64,000 bases of DNA from Sphagnum compactum (lineage: Eukaryota): positions 5,518,001 through 5,582,000 of the forward strand of contig OZ234494.1 of NCBI GenBank assembly GCA_965153455.1, written 5' to 3'. The position numbers and the translations under genes were made by a program. The notes under the pieces were generated by a model. That model did no database searches. It was not told the origin of the DNA and saw only the letters and a list, made by a program, of their open reading frames with translations. Positions 1 to 14,606 of the stretch are shown here, in pieces; the stretch's first letter is position 1, and each line of letters begins with the position of its first letter.

Positions 1-3000
1 ATAAATTAAGATGAGAGACTATTTGAATCCAATCACCAATGATTATAGCCAGCCAACCAAGAGCAACCATTTTGGTGCGCAATGTCCATTGGATCTTGTG
101 CAAATTTATTAGCCTTTGTTATTTTTCATCCAAAATATATCATAAGGGCTAATTGAGCTACTCTAATATTTTTACCTTTTTATATTTTGTTGTTAGCATT
201 TTACAATATTGTATCTTGAAAATTCTCAACTACCCTATGTTCTTTTCAGATTTTTCAAATCCAATGTAATCTGACAATTTTTGAAATTTCATGTGAACAT
301 TAGTATTGTGTGGTCTCATTTAGTGAAGTCTAGATGCATAAATTTGTTGCACTTTCATATAGTTTTTTTTTTAAAATTCTAGAAAATTATTCAGCGTGGT
401 TTGGAATTTTATGCACTTTCAACACTTCACCCTTAGAATTTCTCAAAAAATTAACATCTCATTTCTTAAATTAATTTAAGAAATGGCAAGAGCGTTGGGT
501 AGTAAGGATGTGAGTTTTGGTCACATCCACTGCCAATCACGTGGATCTTAGTATGGGGTGATCCTCAATGCATTGGATGTTGTTACGGGTATCTATAGGG
601 TCTCTATTTCCTCCTTCTTTAATCCCTAAACACCAATAAATCATATATGGTTTTTTAAAGAAATTTAAACAAGTCTTGATAGCGCATATTTAAGTGTTCA
701 TATTTTTTTCTTTATTGATTGGTTGCACAAGAAGAAAATCTCTCCAATTCGGTGTGCTAATGAGCCTCCAACTAACTAGCACCCACACTAGTACCATGGA
801 ACAAACCCAAAATCCATTTAAATTGCTTTAAAATATTACAAATCTCTTTTGTTTAGACTATAATAGGGTCTCTAAGTCTAATGTAAAAACAATTGGGCTT
901 AATATGGTCACAAAAAGGCCTTATCCAAAAAGGGGTAGTTACTAAAGTGAGTGTAGGTTCATCCTAGCATGCCAACCAAGCACATCAATGTAGATTTAAG
1001 AAGGGGGGGAGAGGTTTTGTAAAAAAAAAATCCCACACAACCATTTCCCCCACATGTGAAAAAGGTTGCCCAACAGCACCTAATCAATCTTCTCATCTTA
1101 ACCCCCCCCTAATGTTGTGTAGTAGGTGATGTTTAAACAATCCCACTTGTTGGAAAATAATGAACTAAGTGCTATTAATGAGCAACTATAGCCCAACATG
1201 ATTTATTTTTTCAAGGACCAAATTATGTGAATGTGCATTCATTGGAAATGTTCAATCCAATTCATTCAAACCAACCCCACATGAATTGAAATTTAAACAT
1301 GGGATAACTAAGATATATTCCTTTGTTCTGACATTTCATATATAAATATGTCACCATAAAAATGAAAATTATTTCAAAATGTGAAAAGACAATAAGTTTA
1401 GCTTTCACAAAAGAACACAACATGGTGATTGGATGAAACCCACAATTAATAAAGGGGGTCAATTTGAACAGTTTCATGACATGTGTGTAAAGTATACACC
1501 TCCAAAATGTGTTGCATTTAATTTTGTGTTTTATATTTTGATTTTCACAAATTTAATGTTATATAATCTATGAAAAATTAATTAAAAATATTAAATTCAA
1601 GGAATAATGGGTATATCTATGGTATATGTAGTACAATAAAAACTTATTTCAAGTTATCTTAAGTTTTGGTTTGAATTAGTCAACCAACAAACATTTCAAA
1701 TGAAAATTTTAAAAATGGCCCATTTCATAATTTTTGTCATCTTTCATTTAAAAATGATTGTTGTCAAAATTTTAATTTACCAAATATTTAAGGTCATTGC
1801 CCTAGAAAAAATCTATTTGTGATATGATAATAATCATTTTTTCCACATGGTTCACAAACTTATTTCAATCATACAACATCGCAATGTAAGTATATATTGC
1901 AAATTTCATAAAAATTAAAAAACATTTCAATCATTTTTTGCATTTTTTAAAACATTGTGATGTACATTTTCTTTGTGCATATAAATTTTAACATCACATC
2001 ATATGAAATTAAAAAAGTATAGGTTCTTTGGCATTTAACTTACCATAATATGCAAAAACATTGTGAAAATTCTTCATGATAATGACATGATTGAAATTCA
2101 AATATGATACCCTTGAAAAACAATACAATGTGACAACAATCTTGGCTCCCCCATAGTGTGCTTTCACCCATATTGAAGGTTAAAATTAACCTTCACATAC
2201 ACATTCATTCAACAATACATGTAGGCAACTAATTCAATGACAACTCAAGTTCATGAAAAAAAATGGCAAAACTAGAATTCTTTCCAATTTATTTTGAACA
2301 CAATTCCCCAAGTTATAATAGTTAATTAAAAATTGTCATTTACTCTAAATAGTACAAGAATCACCACGTGTGATAGGAAAATGAATTACCAAACATCTTT
2401 TTATTTTATTAAATCACATGAAATCATGATAAAGTAAACAAAAAGGTAAATCTTGCAATGCAAATCAAATTGGGGTTTTCTATTAATATGCATTAGAAGC
2501 CATTAATGAAGCCAAATACATAAGTTTTTTTATTACACCCATAGGTATTCATTTTCAAATTTGAATGCTTGTAATTGTGATATATGCATATTTATAAGGT
2601 AATGTATTTGGCCTTAATTGTTGTGGACTTTTTATAAGTAGACCATTCATATTCATAAATAGTAAAGACATCATTACACATTAAATATGTAAATTATCAT
2701 GTGCCATCAATCGAATCATGTAACACATCCACCCTTTTTTCTTTAAATAGAATTTGAATTAATGAAGACTAAAGTAAGCAATAATTAAGATAATTATTTT
2801 TCTAATCCTATAATTTCAAAGTTAGTCAATTAGTCATGTACTATTTGACATTGTCCCATGATGCACTAGAAGGTTACTTTATTATATAAGCATATTCATA
2901 ATGCACTGAGATTAAATACACATATATGACATGTTGTTTTGTAGGAATTTATTTGACAATGATACATAACAATTTCTCAATCCCATTTTAATATCTTCAT

Positions 3001-3346
3001 ATCATCATATAATTATACATTTTGTTTTATTTCATGTTATAAATGAAAAATTTGAATTGAAATTGCATGCCCCTAGATGCGATATTAGTTCCTGTGAAAG
3101 ATTTCACTTATTTACAAGTGAAATGTATCATTCACAAGTACATAATATTCATGTTTTGTTGGTATGTGTAATGTGAAATGTGTTGTTGTGTTCAAGTGAA
3201 ATATTGTTTATATCATTTTGACTAAAATGGCATCTTAGTCATATTCAGTCATAAAATACATCATATTTTGTTTTAACAACATCTAGCATATGGGGGTGAT
3301 TCAATATTAGTGATTTTGTGTGATTTTTTGCAAACTTTCAATCTAT

Positions 3347-4458
3347 TGTGACCGGACAGGAAGTCACTTGGAATCTCTCTAATGTGAACACTACTTCGTT
3401 TTAGGGTTCAGGTTTTGTCTTGCGCGACCATCAACTTTCTTTATGTAGGCGGCGAAGTTTATATCATCACTGTTTATTAGTGGTTGTGAGTAGGAAACTT
3501 TGATGTTTGTGTGTTATGTGAAACAGGTTTGCAGCAAACGATGGGTGGCCAAGGGCGTTGCAAGCATGCACAGGAGACGGGAGGTAGGATGCGGTTGGAC
3601 GAATATAAAAAGAGGAGTGTAAGGGCAAAGAAGGATAGGTCTGTTTTTGTTGAAATTGTTGCAATTTGAGTAGAAGTAAGAGCTTGCAGAAATCTATAGT
3701 CGCTGTTTTGATTTCCGCTATGCCAATGACTATATCATGGCAGGCTCTGTGTTCTTGTTAGAGTTAAGGCTTATAAGGGGTTGATGCTAAAGGCTGATGA
3801 CACCTAAAAGAGGTCTGAGCTGTAGAACTAGGAGCATGTAGAGAAGTGCATATGTAGGGGACTTTGGTGGAAGCTTTCCTGAAATCCAGTGGGTAGTACA
3901 TACACCTGAATGGGAGCTAGAAACCTTAGTGGGTATCCTTGGGCTGGATAGAATGTGGGTGAGAGAGGAACAGGATGGGGGAGATTATAATAAGTATCCA
4001 TAGATCCATATTTCGCACAAAATTTTGTTTTCTTGAGTAGTTGCAAGCCTTGTTCAATTGTGGATTTGTACCCATAAGTCGATTTATTTCTAAAGGCTAG
4101 ACCAAGCATTTCTTTGCATTATCTCATGTGGTAGGGGGATGGATTAGCAGCTCATAATAGACCAACTGAACATTGAGAACGCTAACCTCAAGCCAGACCC
4201 TATTAACTCATGCACTCACAATATGAGAATTTGTTCCAAGCAACAATTGAGGACTACTATTGTAGCAATTTAGGAGAGGCTAATAGATGTGTATAGTTTG
4301 AAAATTCTCATGGTATGGAGAATCATGTACTGTAGGACTATAGAACCGAGGTGTTGTGACACTGCCTGATTGGCAAGAGATGTGTTGTAGACATTGTAAC
4401 CAGAGTAAAGATTTGTAATCAGGAGATGGTTTGTGTATCCTTTTCTTTTTTGGTTACA
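3347..4458. mobile_element. Putative solo LTR (~1.1 kb)
   Basis: GC-richer block in AT-rich DNA. Starts TGTGACC (3347) and ends GGTTACA (4458): TG...CA ends with a 6/7 terminal inverted repeat. Flanks CTAT / CTAC form a 4-bp TSD with 1 mismatch. TATA-like TATAAAA near 3605. Confidence 0.5.
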
Positions 4459-6759
4459 CTACAGCTTGATTTGACCTATACAAAGGATCAAAATGTACTT
4501 GAGGAAGGAACAATATTGCTAAAAATACATTTCATGAATGGAGAAAAAAATTATTAAATCTTTTTCAGTAAAAAATATATTTTTGTATAATGTTTCCACT
4601 TTTATTGATAAAATCAGCTCATTTTTTCATCTTTCAATTGAAATCTTGTCTCAAACTATATTAACAAATTTATTTCACTATTTGTACTTCAACATCATCA
4701 TGATTTATTTTTTATGAGCAAGATTGAAAATATTGGAAAAATTACTTTGGGGTACCTCTACACCAACATGAACCAACTTTGCACATGTGACCAAAATGGA
4801 ACAGACTACTTTTGATTGCTTAAAAATCAGTTGGAGTTCTTGCTAAGATGATGTGATAGACTACAATTGGTTACATAAGGTGATCAATTCAAAATCTGTA
4901 ATATTTACAATGACTGAAAATACTCCTTTTTTTAATCATGACATCGTATTATTTTGTCAAGGTGTGGATAATTATTGTACATGGTTTTATCATTTTGAAA
5001 GCATTTCAAGTCATTTTTTAGATTAAAAAATAGTGAAAACACTAGTTACAATTAACATTGGTTAATGCTTATGTGTATTTTTTAATATTCTATATTCATT
5101 AGATTCAATCCAAATTATTTCATGTGTTTTGATAATATATTAGAAAGGACATGTGTTTATAGATATTTTAAGGACTTGCAACATTAGAAAAATTTTGACA
5201 TTAAAAAATGAAAAACCAAGCATTGGAATTACACACATTTTGGCTCTTATTAATGTGGTTGCACCTCAGGTTGATAACATTTTGTGGATCATAGGTTATG
5301 TCAAAAAATTATTTAGCAAAAAGACAAATAAACAAAAAACCAAACATGGGCATGAAGTTTTAATGAAAAACATCCAAATGGTCAAAACTTCAAAAGACAA
5401 ATTGATTATACATGCGTGGTTAAAATAAGGTGTTAATGTTTTAGTTCTATGATGAGAATAATCCACCAATATCCTAAGGATCAAAGAATTGCAAGTCCAC
5501 AAATAATAAAAATCACAATATCCATAAAATGTGTAATCTAGCATATTTACAAATTTCAACCCCTAGTAGTTGGAGACTATATGAAAAATTTGAGGTTGAA
5601 ATGTCGAACTTTTTTAGTACACAAGTCATAAATGTCACAAATTTTAAAAACTTGAAATTCTTAATCAAATAAAAAAACAGGGGGGCCATGTCTAAACATT
5701 TTTTAGAGAAATACTTTGCTAACATGTTACAAATGAAGGACCAGTAATTCATCAAGTTGAAAAATACCACAAGAAGTGATTGATTCATTGTTTTCTAGTG
5801 GTAGTTATATGAAATTACCAATAAAAATAATCAACTTCAAGAAACCACAAAAGGTCATTCAAATCAAATTTTAGAATAGAATAGGTCCATGATGTTTCTT
5901 AAAGCAATTATAATGAAGTGTTATCAATTCTTTAATCTTCTTGAATTTGGAAACAACATTTGGAACTTTGGAAGTCCAAAGTGTTCTAGAAAACATAAAT
6001 GATTTGTTCAAAAGGTTATAAATAACATCACTATCTATTTATATATTGAAATTATTTTGGCATTAATATTTTTGTCAAGTTGCTAGTGATCAAGTCTTAT
6101 AACATTTAGGTTTCCAAAACTTAAATGGCGTTTAAGTTTATGGTAAGCATGTTGTCACTAAATTGGCCATTTCAAAAATAACCACAAACACAACAATTGT
6201 GAGTCAATGAATAGGTGACTTCTCATATCAAAATAAATTTCATATCATGATTCATAACCTCATGTTACAACATTACAAGTTTTGTTGTAGGTGATTTTTA
6301 TTTTTTTTTAGTAAAATGAAATCAACAAAACTACTTTTCTTTGTTTTGATGTAATGAAATTAAACATCATTGACTTTCTTTGTTTTGGTGTAGGAATCTT
6401 AGCTCCATAACATAACTTACAAGGCAAATTGTCAAAGCCACAACCACCATCTCTTAAGCATGTAGAAATAGAAAATTGAAAGGCAAATTAACATTGACAA
6501 AAAATAAAAAATCTTTTGTGAGCACCTTTAGTGTTCAAGTTTGGGCTTGTTAATTTTCTTATCCTAGGATCAAATCCCCTATGGACCCTACCCACTATAG
6601 TAGCGAAGTATATGTTAACACAAAAACTAAAGTTAGAACAAAACATATGAAAACTTGTAGCAATGAGTAATTACAACACAAAATCCATTGCAATCAAAAC
6701 CCTATAACCAAATTCAAGCTATAGCTTTAAGCATTTATTTCATGAACCTTCTTCACATT

Positions 6760-7075
6760 CCACATTCTAATTGTAACATCTTTAATTGATACAACTTAAT
6801 GGTAAAATGTTTTTGTGTGAACATCCTTAAATAGCTATATCCACTTGTGTTGTCAACCTATTTCTCAACTTACTTTTCACAAAATTCAAAGTTCATGAAA
6901 ACAACTCTCATCTTTTGCATTGCCTAACACCATAACCATTGACAATTTTATCAACATAAGCCAATATAATAATCAATGTGCAATGAGTGGTTGTTAAATA
7001 ACATGCACCACATCCTAATACATGGATTACAATTATGAGGTAGCTTCATAACAATGAGGCCATTATTATGCATTG
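6760..7075 (-). mobile_element. hAT-family (ZNF862-like) transposase relic, C-terminal dimerisation region
   Basis: Manual minus-strand translation across frameshifts: KLPHNCNPCIRMW...LIKLSMVMVLGNAKDESCF/TLNFVKSKLRNRLTTQVDIAI/RMFTQKHFT. Matches the hAT C-terminal 'ER.FS.L..IKSKLRNRL' motif. Confidence 0.75.
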
Positions 7076-7160
7076 TTATCATAAAGAAAAAAAATTACTA
7101 GTCTAACAATTTTTCATTAATGATGGGTTGGATGGAAACTAATTGGTTCAAATCAACATG

Positions 7161-7435
7161 AGGGTGGAAATCCTTTAAGGTGTACCACACAAGACGAAAA
7201 GGGCTTAATCCTTACTGCAATATTTTTTTACCCTATATTTTGATCCCCAAAAAAAATAATGACTCAAAAGTTGTCAAATTTTTCAAAAGGACTATTTTTA
7301 GACTATTACAATTTTAGATTCCATCATAATCATCCATAAATGTGTCTTTACATGGTAAAAAAGGATTAGGTAAAAAAGACAGAAAAGGATGACATTGTGA
7401 TAAGATTTTGGTACACCTTAAAGAATTTGCACCCT
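7161..7435. mobile_element. MITE with 27-bp terminal inverted repeats
   Basis: Left AGGGTGGAAATCCTTTAAGGTGTACCA (7161-7187) vs reverse complement of 7409-7435 AGGGTGCAAATTCTTTAAGGTGTACCA: 25/27 identical. AT-rich non-coding interior; TSD ambiguous (TG on both sides). Confidence 0.75.
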
Positions 7436-10400
7436 TGAAAACATACTAATTATAGTCCAAGCAAACATACTAAATGTGAATTAATTGGTTGAAATTTATA
7501 ATTCAAATTTGGTTGTTTTCAAATGTAGTTTTTACTATTTGGATCATTTTCTTGGAATTTTTGAAATAAAGGGGTAATAACTTTTCAAGAATTCAAAAAA
7601 CAATTAATACTGAAGTTGCCCATGCATTATGATAATTTTAATTTAACAAAATAATTTTAAAATACTAGTTTTAAAAAGAAATTGTCCATGATATTTTGAT
7701 ATGTAAGGAGATTACCATATTGAACAATCTTTTCCATGAAAATTTTCAATTTTTCAAAAAAAATCATGATGTTCATACTATATGATAAATAAATATTTGA
7801 TGGTACATTATATTATGATAATGTTGATAATTACGATCTTTTTAAGCTATGAAATGTTTTGGGTAAAATCACATTAAGGTTACCCCATTTTTTAAAAATG
7901 TCGTGAAATGTTAAAAGTAATTATAATATATGCACGTATTTTTGTGACATATAGTTTTATGCGAACATTTTAAATTTTTCCATCCAATCCAATGGTCAAA
8001 TGTAAACAAATGGTCAAAACATAAAGTGATTTACAACCACTTTAATTTTGATCCAGTGGTCAAGATTTAAAATAGTGGTATATACAATATGTACATTGTA
8101 TATCACATATGATTTGGAATTGTTTTGTGTCACCAAGACACCCATATTTTTGGTTCCATGCCATGTTCATAAACAAAAGTTGAATGAAAAAAAAACATAA
8201 TACCCCTTCCATATATGAACTATTCTTTCATTTTAGGGTGGTTTTGTAAAGAAAAATAAAATCATAATTCTTTTATAGCTTACATACAAGAAAAAAAAAC
8301 ATGTATGGTGAATAACATACATTAAGAATATTTGAATGACTTGTCAACATCAATGAAATTTGGTAGTTTGTACCAATTTCATTTAGGGTGAAAACACATT
8401 AAGGGTAAACCAATTTTTACCAAAAAAATTACGTATAACAAATATTGTTGTATGGAGTAAGTTGAAATCTTGATGGTATCCTTTGGATATCTCAAACACA
8501 AGCAAAATATTTAAAAATTTACATGGCAACATTTTGAAACTTAAAGTTCACTTTGAATCAAAATTAATTTTGATCCAATGGTTAAATGAAAAGGATTGAA
8601 TAAAATCAATGTACATAAAACATGTAATTTACATTTTTTTGACAACCATAAGGTCTCATGTTTGTAATTCATAAAACATTACCAAAAAAAAGAACAGAAA
8701 AACATAATGCAATGCCCAATTATAAAATCTCCTCTTCTTTCATATGGTAGTGATTTTTTTCTTTAAAATAAGATATTTTTATGCATTTATTGCTAAAAAA
8801 AATTAAAAGACACTTTTTTTGAATGAAATTTCTCCAAAAACTTTAAGCTTTTAAATGGTCCTAAATATAGTTTATGTATATCAATATCATGCACCATTAA
8901 AAAATTCACCCAAAAATTCCACCCACAACTTTAATTTTGAAGTGTATATGCAATTTTTCAAACTTTGTGACGAGTATAATTTTGTTACACATGTACTCCA
9001 TATGTTGAAGTTTTTCAATGTTTGTTGAATTTAAAAAAATAATTGACTAGCATAATCCTAAAGTTAATCAAATATATTTAGAACAATAACAAATAATCCA
9101 AGATGTGATGTCTATAAGTTCCCAAAAAATTAATGTAGATTACATTTGTGACTACAATTTTGAGGGGCTAGTGTGTTTTCAACTTTCACCACCCAAAGTT
9201 TCATCGCAAAAATACCACTTACAACCCCACTTTTGAAATATATTTCTAATTTTTCATATTTTGTGATGTATGTAACTTTGTGATAAATATAGATTTTTAA
9301 ATCTTGAACATTTAGTAAAAACTTTCAGAAATGGTTAGCCCAAGTTCCAACGTAATCAAATCTCCTCAAAATCCATAAGAATAATTCAATTTGTGAAAGT
9401 GCACTTCAAAACAAATTTCAAATGTTGCAAAACAACGTTTGTGACTACAATTTTTGGGGACCTTAGTGTGCTTTTACCCTTTCCCATTGAAGAAGTAGTT
9501 GGTTTAAACATTGATTTTATCATTTTACAAAAATAAAGTGAAAATTTAAAATTAATGGAAAAGGTTAACTACTATTAAACAAGTTGTTTTAAGCAACATT
9601 TATAAAACTATTAGTGTAAGATTATATAAAGACATAATTTTTCATCAATCGCATATTCATGGCTTATATAACTTGTATTATTTTTAAGAACCAAATTAAG
9701 GATATGCGATATAAAAAAAATTCAAAGTGAGTGAAATTTTATGTAGTACTACTTTTGATATTATATGTACTACTTTTGGGACAAGTTGTGCACACCATAC
9801 CATGGAAACATGTTTTTTACATGTTTTAAACTAGTCACAAATGGAGTGGGTTGTGTTATTGTGACTACACTTTTTCAAGATCAAATATGCTAAAAATGTG
9901 TGTTTTTTTATTGTTAAACCCAAAAGGGTGGTTGTAAGGTAGGGTGGGTCAGTTTTTGCATTACAATCCAATTTTTTGCAGAGTGGAGTGCATTTACATG
10001 CTATTAACAATAATTTTTCAAATTTGTAGCTAGATTTAGATTGTCAACTTGAAGAAGAAGACATCTATGAAAAGTTAAAAAATATTGCAACATATATGCA
10101 CGAAATATATAATAATGGACTTTTGAAGTTAAAAAATATGGATTAGTTTGTTGTTTGTGCTTTTATATACATGCATTTTTTTGTATGAATTTTATTTGGG
10201 AAATATTATAAAGACTCAATATATGATATGTTAAAACAAAAAATCATATGTGCAAAATAATTGCTAAAAAAAAATTAACCAAAAAAAGTTATGGACATTT
10301 GAATGGCTTGAAATGAGCCATATTTTCATAAGTTCATATCATAATCATTTTTGGGTGGATTTCAATTTTTTTTAACATGTACTTAAAAAAAAAGTTTAAA

Positions 10401-10739
10401 ATGACTTATTTTCATATGGGCTTTTTAGTTCATCAACCACTATGTAATTCCCCACTAAATTAATGATATCAAAACAGACTTCCATTCAACACTACTGTAT
10501 AAACTTTTAGCGAGTGGAGCATTTGCCAAAAATGAGCCAACTTAGAGTGCATATACCCAAAATTGTGAGTAGGTAACGCTCATGTGACATTCATGATATC
10601 TTTTGCAAAAAAATTCCTCTCCAATTTCTTAATGAGACCCAAAATAACAATTATACATTTTTCACATCTTGAACTATATTCAATTACTCAACCTTAAATA
10701 TTACATTGAAAATCAGTGTTAGTGGATCATGATCTGACT

Positions 10740-11640
10740 TGTGTGTACTATGATAGTATACGCAAAAAGAGAAAGTTATGATGCATACTAGAGAACAAAA
10801 TTAGAATTAACAACCCAACTCATACATTCAAAACATTCAATTGCAATATGATGTTTAGAATGTGCAAAAACCCTTAGGCACCAAAACATATTAACTTTCC
10901 CCATATGTAACTCGAAAACCTTACCATATATTGTAGCTCAAAGGCATTCACAATAAGCTTCACAAAGTTACCTATAGAAACAAAGGCCATTCACAGTTTG
11001 CTACAAGGTTAGTCAAATGAGTCCATTTGTTTCCAACATTATACCACAAACAAATGCATATTTACCCACATTTGATAATTGATAGTTGTGATTACATCAC
11101 AATTCATAATAATACATTAGGCCTTTCACATTATCACACATGTGGATTGCATAACCACTTCATGCCATACTCCACCCAAAAGAATTTGATCAATGTTCTT
11201 TCGAAGTATTGTTGTGCATTTTAATAAAGTTAAATAAGTCTCTCATGTCCCTAAAGTCTATCATTGGTTGCCTTTGCTTTAGGAGATGGAAGATGGCCAC
11301 AAATTGCACAAAGTTTCATTTTCACCCAAGTTAAACCCCAATAGCATTTTGTTGAATCACATATATTCCCTCTCATGCATGTTCACAAACTTTCTTTCTC
11401 ATTTTTAACATGCTTCAATTTATTATAATTCATATAGTATTCCCCCACAAACACCCCTTAAGATGACCACATTTGGCTTTTCAACAACCAAGATGATTTT
11501 GCAAGCCATCAAATTTTTGAACAAACAACTTACCATGATGTTTTAAAACAATATAAATTTTGCATATTACCATACTCGACCTAACATTTTACCCCACCAC
11601 AATTTAAACCCATGGCAACATTGGTTGTCTTGGAAAATCA
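10740..11640 (-). mobile_element. hAT-family (ZNF862-like) transposase relic, N-terminal/central region
   Basis: Minus-strand pieces with stops and frameshifts: LPWV*IVVG*NVRSSMVICKI; KLFVQKFDGLQNHLG; GEYYMNYNKLKHVKNE; FVQFVAIFHLLKQRQPMIDFRDMRDLFNFIK..KEH*SNSFGWSMA; WVNMHLFVV*CWK; KLICFGA*G (catalytic 'FG.DG' position). Confidence 0.7.
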
Positions 11641-12655
11641 ATTTAACTCCCATCTTTTTTTTGAACTCTTTTAAGTGTAGGACCGCTTGGACATAGAGTT
11701 GTCATAAAGTGATCTCTTTCCCTATAAGCACATGAGATACTAGAAAACTCTAAATACAAATTTTAAACCCATAACATTCAAATATTTAGTTGCTGGATTA
11801 GGCAATGAAACAAAGCCAAATGATGATGCATTCAAATTAGGACATGTTTTAGGACCTAGTGGGGTAGAATTGTGAACTCTAAAAAATCATCAAACTTATG
11901 CACATTCTAAACAAATCTTCAAGCAAGGCAACACATTAACAACATGAATATTTCAAAATTGCTCAAACAAACAAACATATTAACAAGTTGGCAACTTACT
12001 TGGGCTGCAAGAGAAGTTGTCGTTGCAACATTGTTATGTATGAGTATAAACTCAAGTTTCAGTAATTTGATCCTCTTAGCAATTGCAAACTCTACAAATT
12101 CAATTCAAGATCATCAAGCTTGAAAGCTTGTAAGAACATTGCACATTGGATATTGGGTGTCAAGATTCAACATGTTTCAACACAAATCACTTAGGAGATC
12201 CAAAATTGAAGTGCCATAAAACTTTCAATGCATATAACGAATGTAGATGTGTCTACCATGAACCCAAGTGAAAACGGCAACTAAGTTGCCACCAAGGTCA
12301 ATGGAGGCCACGCCAATAGTGACCATTGCAAATGGGGTGTTGTTGAGAGTGAAATGAAGTAAACCCCCCAAAGTGGCATCCATTGGATTTACATGATCAC
12401 CATTCCTTGCACCATTTCACATCCATTGATCAAACATGTAACCCTAATAAATAGTGAACTATTGAATTTAGGCGATTTCAGCAAAAACAAATCCACCCTA
12501 AACTAGTGCAGGCTGGTGAGAAGAGCCTTTTCCATGTTGAAATTTTGTACAAGAGAAAAGGCTGAGTGACATGGAAGCACCCTATAAAGAATATACATGT
12601 TAAACAAATTTGGAGGCCTTATTGGTTGGGGGGTCATGGGTTTATGGGTCATTGC

Positions 12656-12877
12656 TAGTGTTGGACTATTCTCTCTTTTTCAAAGAAAGAATTAGTGGGT
12701 AAGGGTGAGATGCGAACCCTTGACCCCACGGTTCTCAAAAAAATCAAAGAACCGGGTCACAGAACCTACCTTGAGATGCCGGTTCTTTGCCAGAAAATAG
12801 TTCTTAATTCTTTGAACATTAAAAAAAACCTGGAACCAGAGGTTAACACCAGAGTCAGAGAATTGCACAAAACACTG
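12656..12877. mobile_element. MITE of the (C/T)AGTGTT...AACACTG family
   Basis: Ends TAGTGTT / AACACTG, internal GAACC/GGTTC motifs, flanked by the near-perfect direct repeat GGTCATTGC (12647-12655) / GGTCATTAC (12878-12886). Confidence 0.65.
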
Positions 12878-13199
12878 GGTCATTACATCACCATGGTCTA
12901 TAGATGGTAGTGGAACCCATTAGTTAGTCATATACAATAGATTAATGCATCAGTCCTACCCCCAACCTTGTCCTGCTGTGCCTGTTCCCTGTGACTAAAT
13001 GCGTAGGTGCAGATTTGAAGCATGTGTCCAGCAAACCCTTTTTCTTCACCTGCAACCAAAACAAACCTGCCTGCAGCAAGCCACCCACCAACATGCTTTC
13101 TTTTGCTATGCGTAAATTAAAAATGTTGCTTTGGAATAAATGTTCTCAAGCTGCCCAGAGTGGGTTTTTCCTCAAGCCCATTTTGTTTACAAATATTAG

Positions 13200-13530
13200 A
13201 CCCAAAAGATTGGTTTTGGTTTTCCAGTGTTTTTCTTTTTTATTGGAAATTTTTTTGCCAAAAGAGAAATTCAAATTCAAAAGTAAGTGATTATGTAGGT
13301 TTTCAATCGCCATAATTGAATTCAAGAAATATTTTAAAGTAAAATTGCCAGATTTGTATATTGGGTTTTCAGTCTGTAGCCAAATATACAAGGATGATTA
13401 AAGTTTTGTGCTTCATATATGGACTTTTGCAAATGCATTTTATTCAAATGCCACAAATGTATGGCAAAATCATCAATGTAAATTGTTAACTGATTTGGCT
13501 AAATCTTCTTATGGATCATTCCCACTATTT
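13200..13530 (+). repeat. Dispersed short repeat family ending ...TTTGGCTAAAT(C)TT(C)TTATGGAT...CCACT
   Basis: Related copies at ~36500-36560, ~37150-37290 and, on the minus strand, ~51110-51190. Confidence 0.55.
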
Positions 13531-14606
13531 CTACATAGGAACGAACCTATGGAAGATGGTGGCCACTTTTGGTGAAGACAAAAATTCCAACAAAAGCCAC
13601 TGCCAAGTACATAGTTTTTTGGAACTGCAATGTTTAGCATTGAGAGAGCGAATGCAGTCAGTTTGTAGTTTGTACTCATGTAAATATGAAACCGTGCAAG
13701 TTCAAGTTGTGCATGATACATCACGGACACCACCCACGAGTAATAAATGTGTCCAACTTCTCATCACACATGGGATAGCATGGCAGAGGGAGGAAGGAGG
13801 AGGAGGAGGAGGGTACACAAACACACCACTTGATAAATTATATCACAGTCTAGTCTTTTCCCACACTTAAGACATCTTGTAGTTTGTGTTTCATGGGTAG
13901 GTTTGAGGAATCATTTTTTTTCCCATCCAGCAGTGGGGGCAGAGAGGGGAGGCTTGGAAACATATTCACAGCTTGTTGACTTGAGGGATCAGTTGTAGGT
14001 GGTGGTTTTGGGTTCAAGACCTGCCTTGAGAGAGGAACTCTGTGGAATTCCAAGGGGTCATGGTAGGTGTCTCATTTTCTAGAACTACAAAAATAGTGTA
14101 GCTGCAGTATGGACTATGGACTCTATAATCTCAACATTTGCTTCAGAATCCAAACTTGTGGGCTAATTTCTCTTGCATGCATTAGTTTGCTAATTTTTCC
14201 CATATTTTGGCGCTGTCACTTTTGTTCATAGTATTTTATTTTGTTGGGCATTGATCTCAATTAGGTAGTGTTTGTTTGCAGTTTTCTTTTCAAATTTTGC
14301 AATGTTTTTTTGTTCACACATGCATATTAGTACATTTGACCAATTGGAATGCAGGTGATGAATAAATGTTGTCGGTGTCCAGGTTTAATTTTCAAGAGCT
14401 TTTGAAGCACAAGGCTACCCAATTCTGTGTAGTCCCAGTATAGATGGGCAGTAGACACACAGCAGGGAGGATTAAAGCATTAAAATCTGGGGTCAAAATT
14501 GCAGGTTCTATTGCACTGCATTTTTGTTAAAACCAGCTTGCTCCCATCTTAATAAATATGATTAGAATTCAAATATTACCAACTTTTGCAGGTGCCAGAT
14601 GTTGGG

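Noticed and set aside
5153-6250. Plus-strand hAT transposase relic
   Set aside because: Only faint resemblance; motifs too degraded to support.
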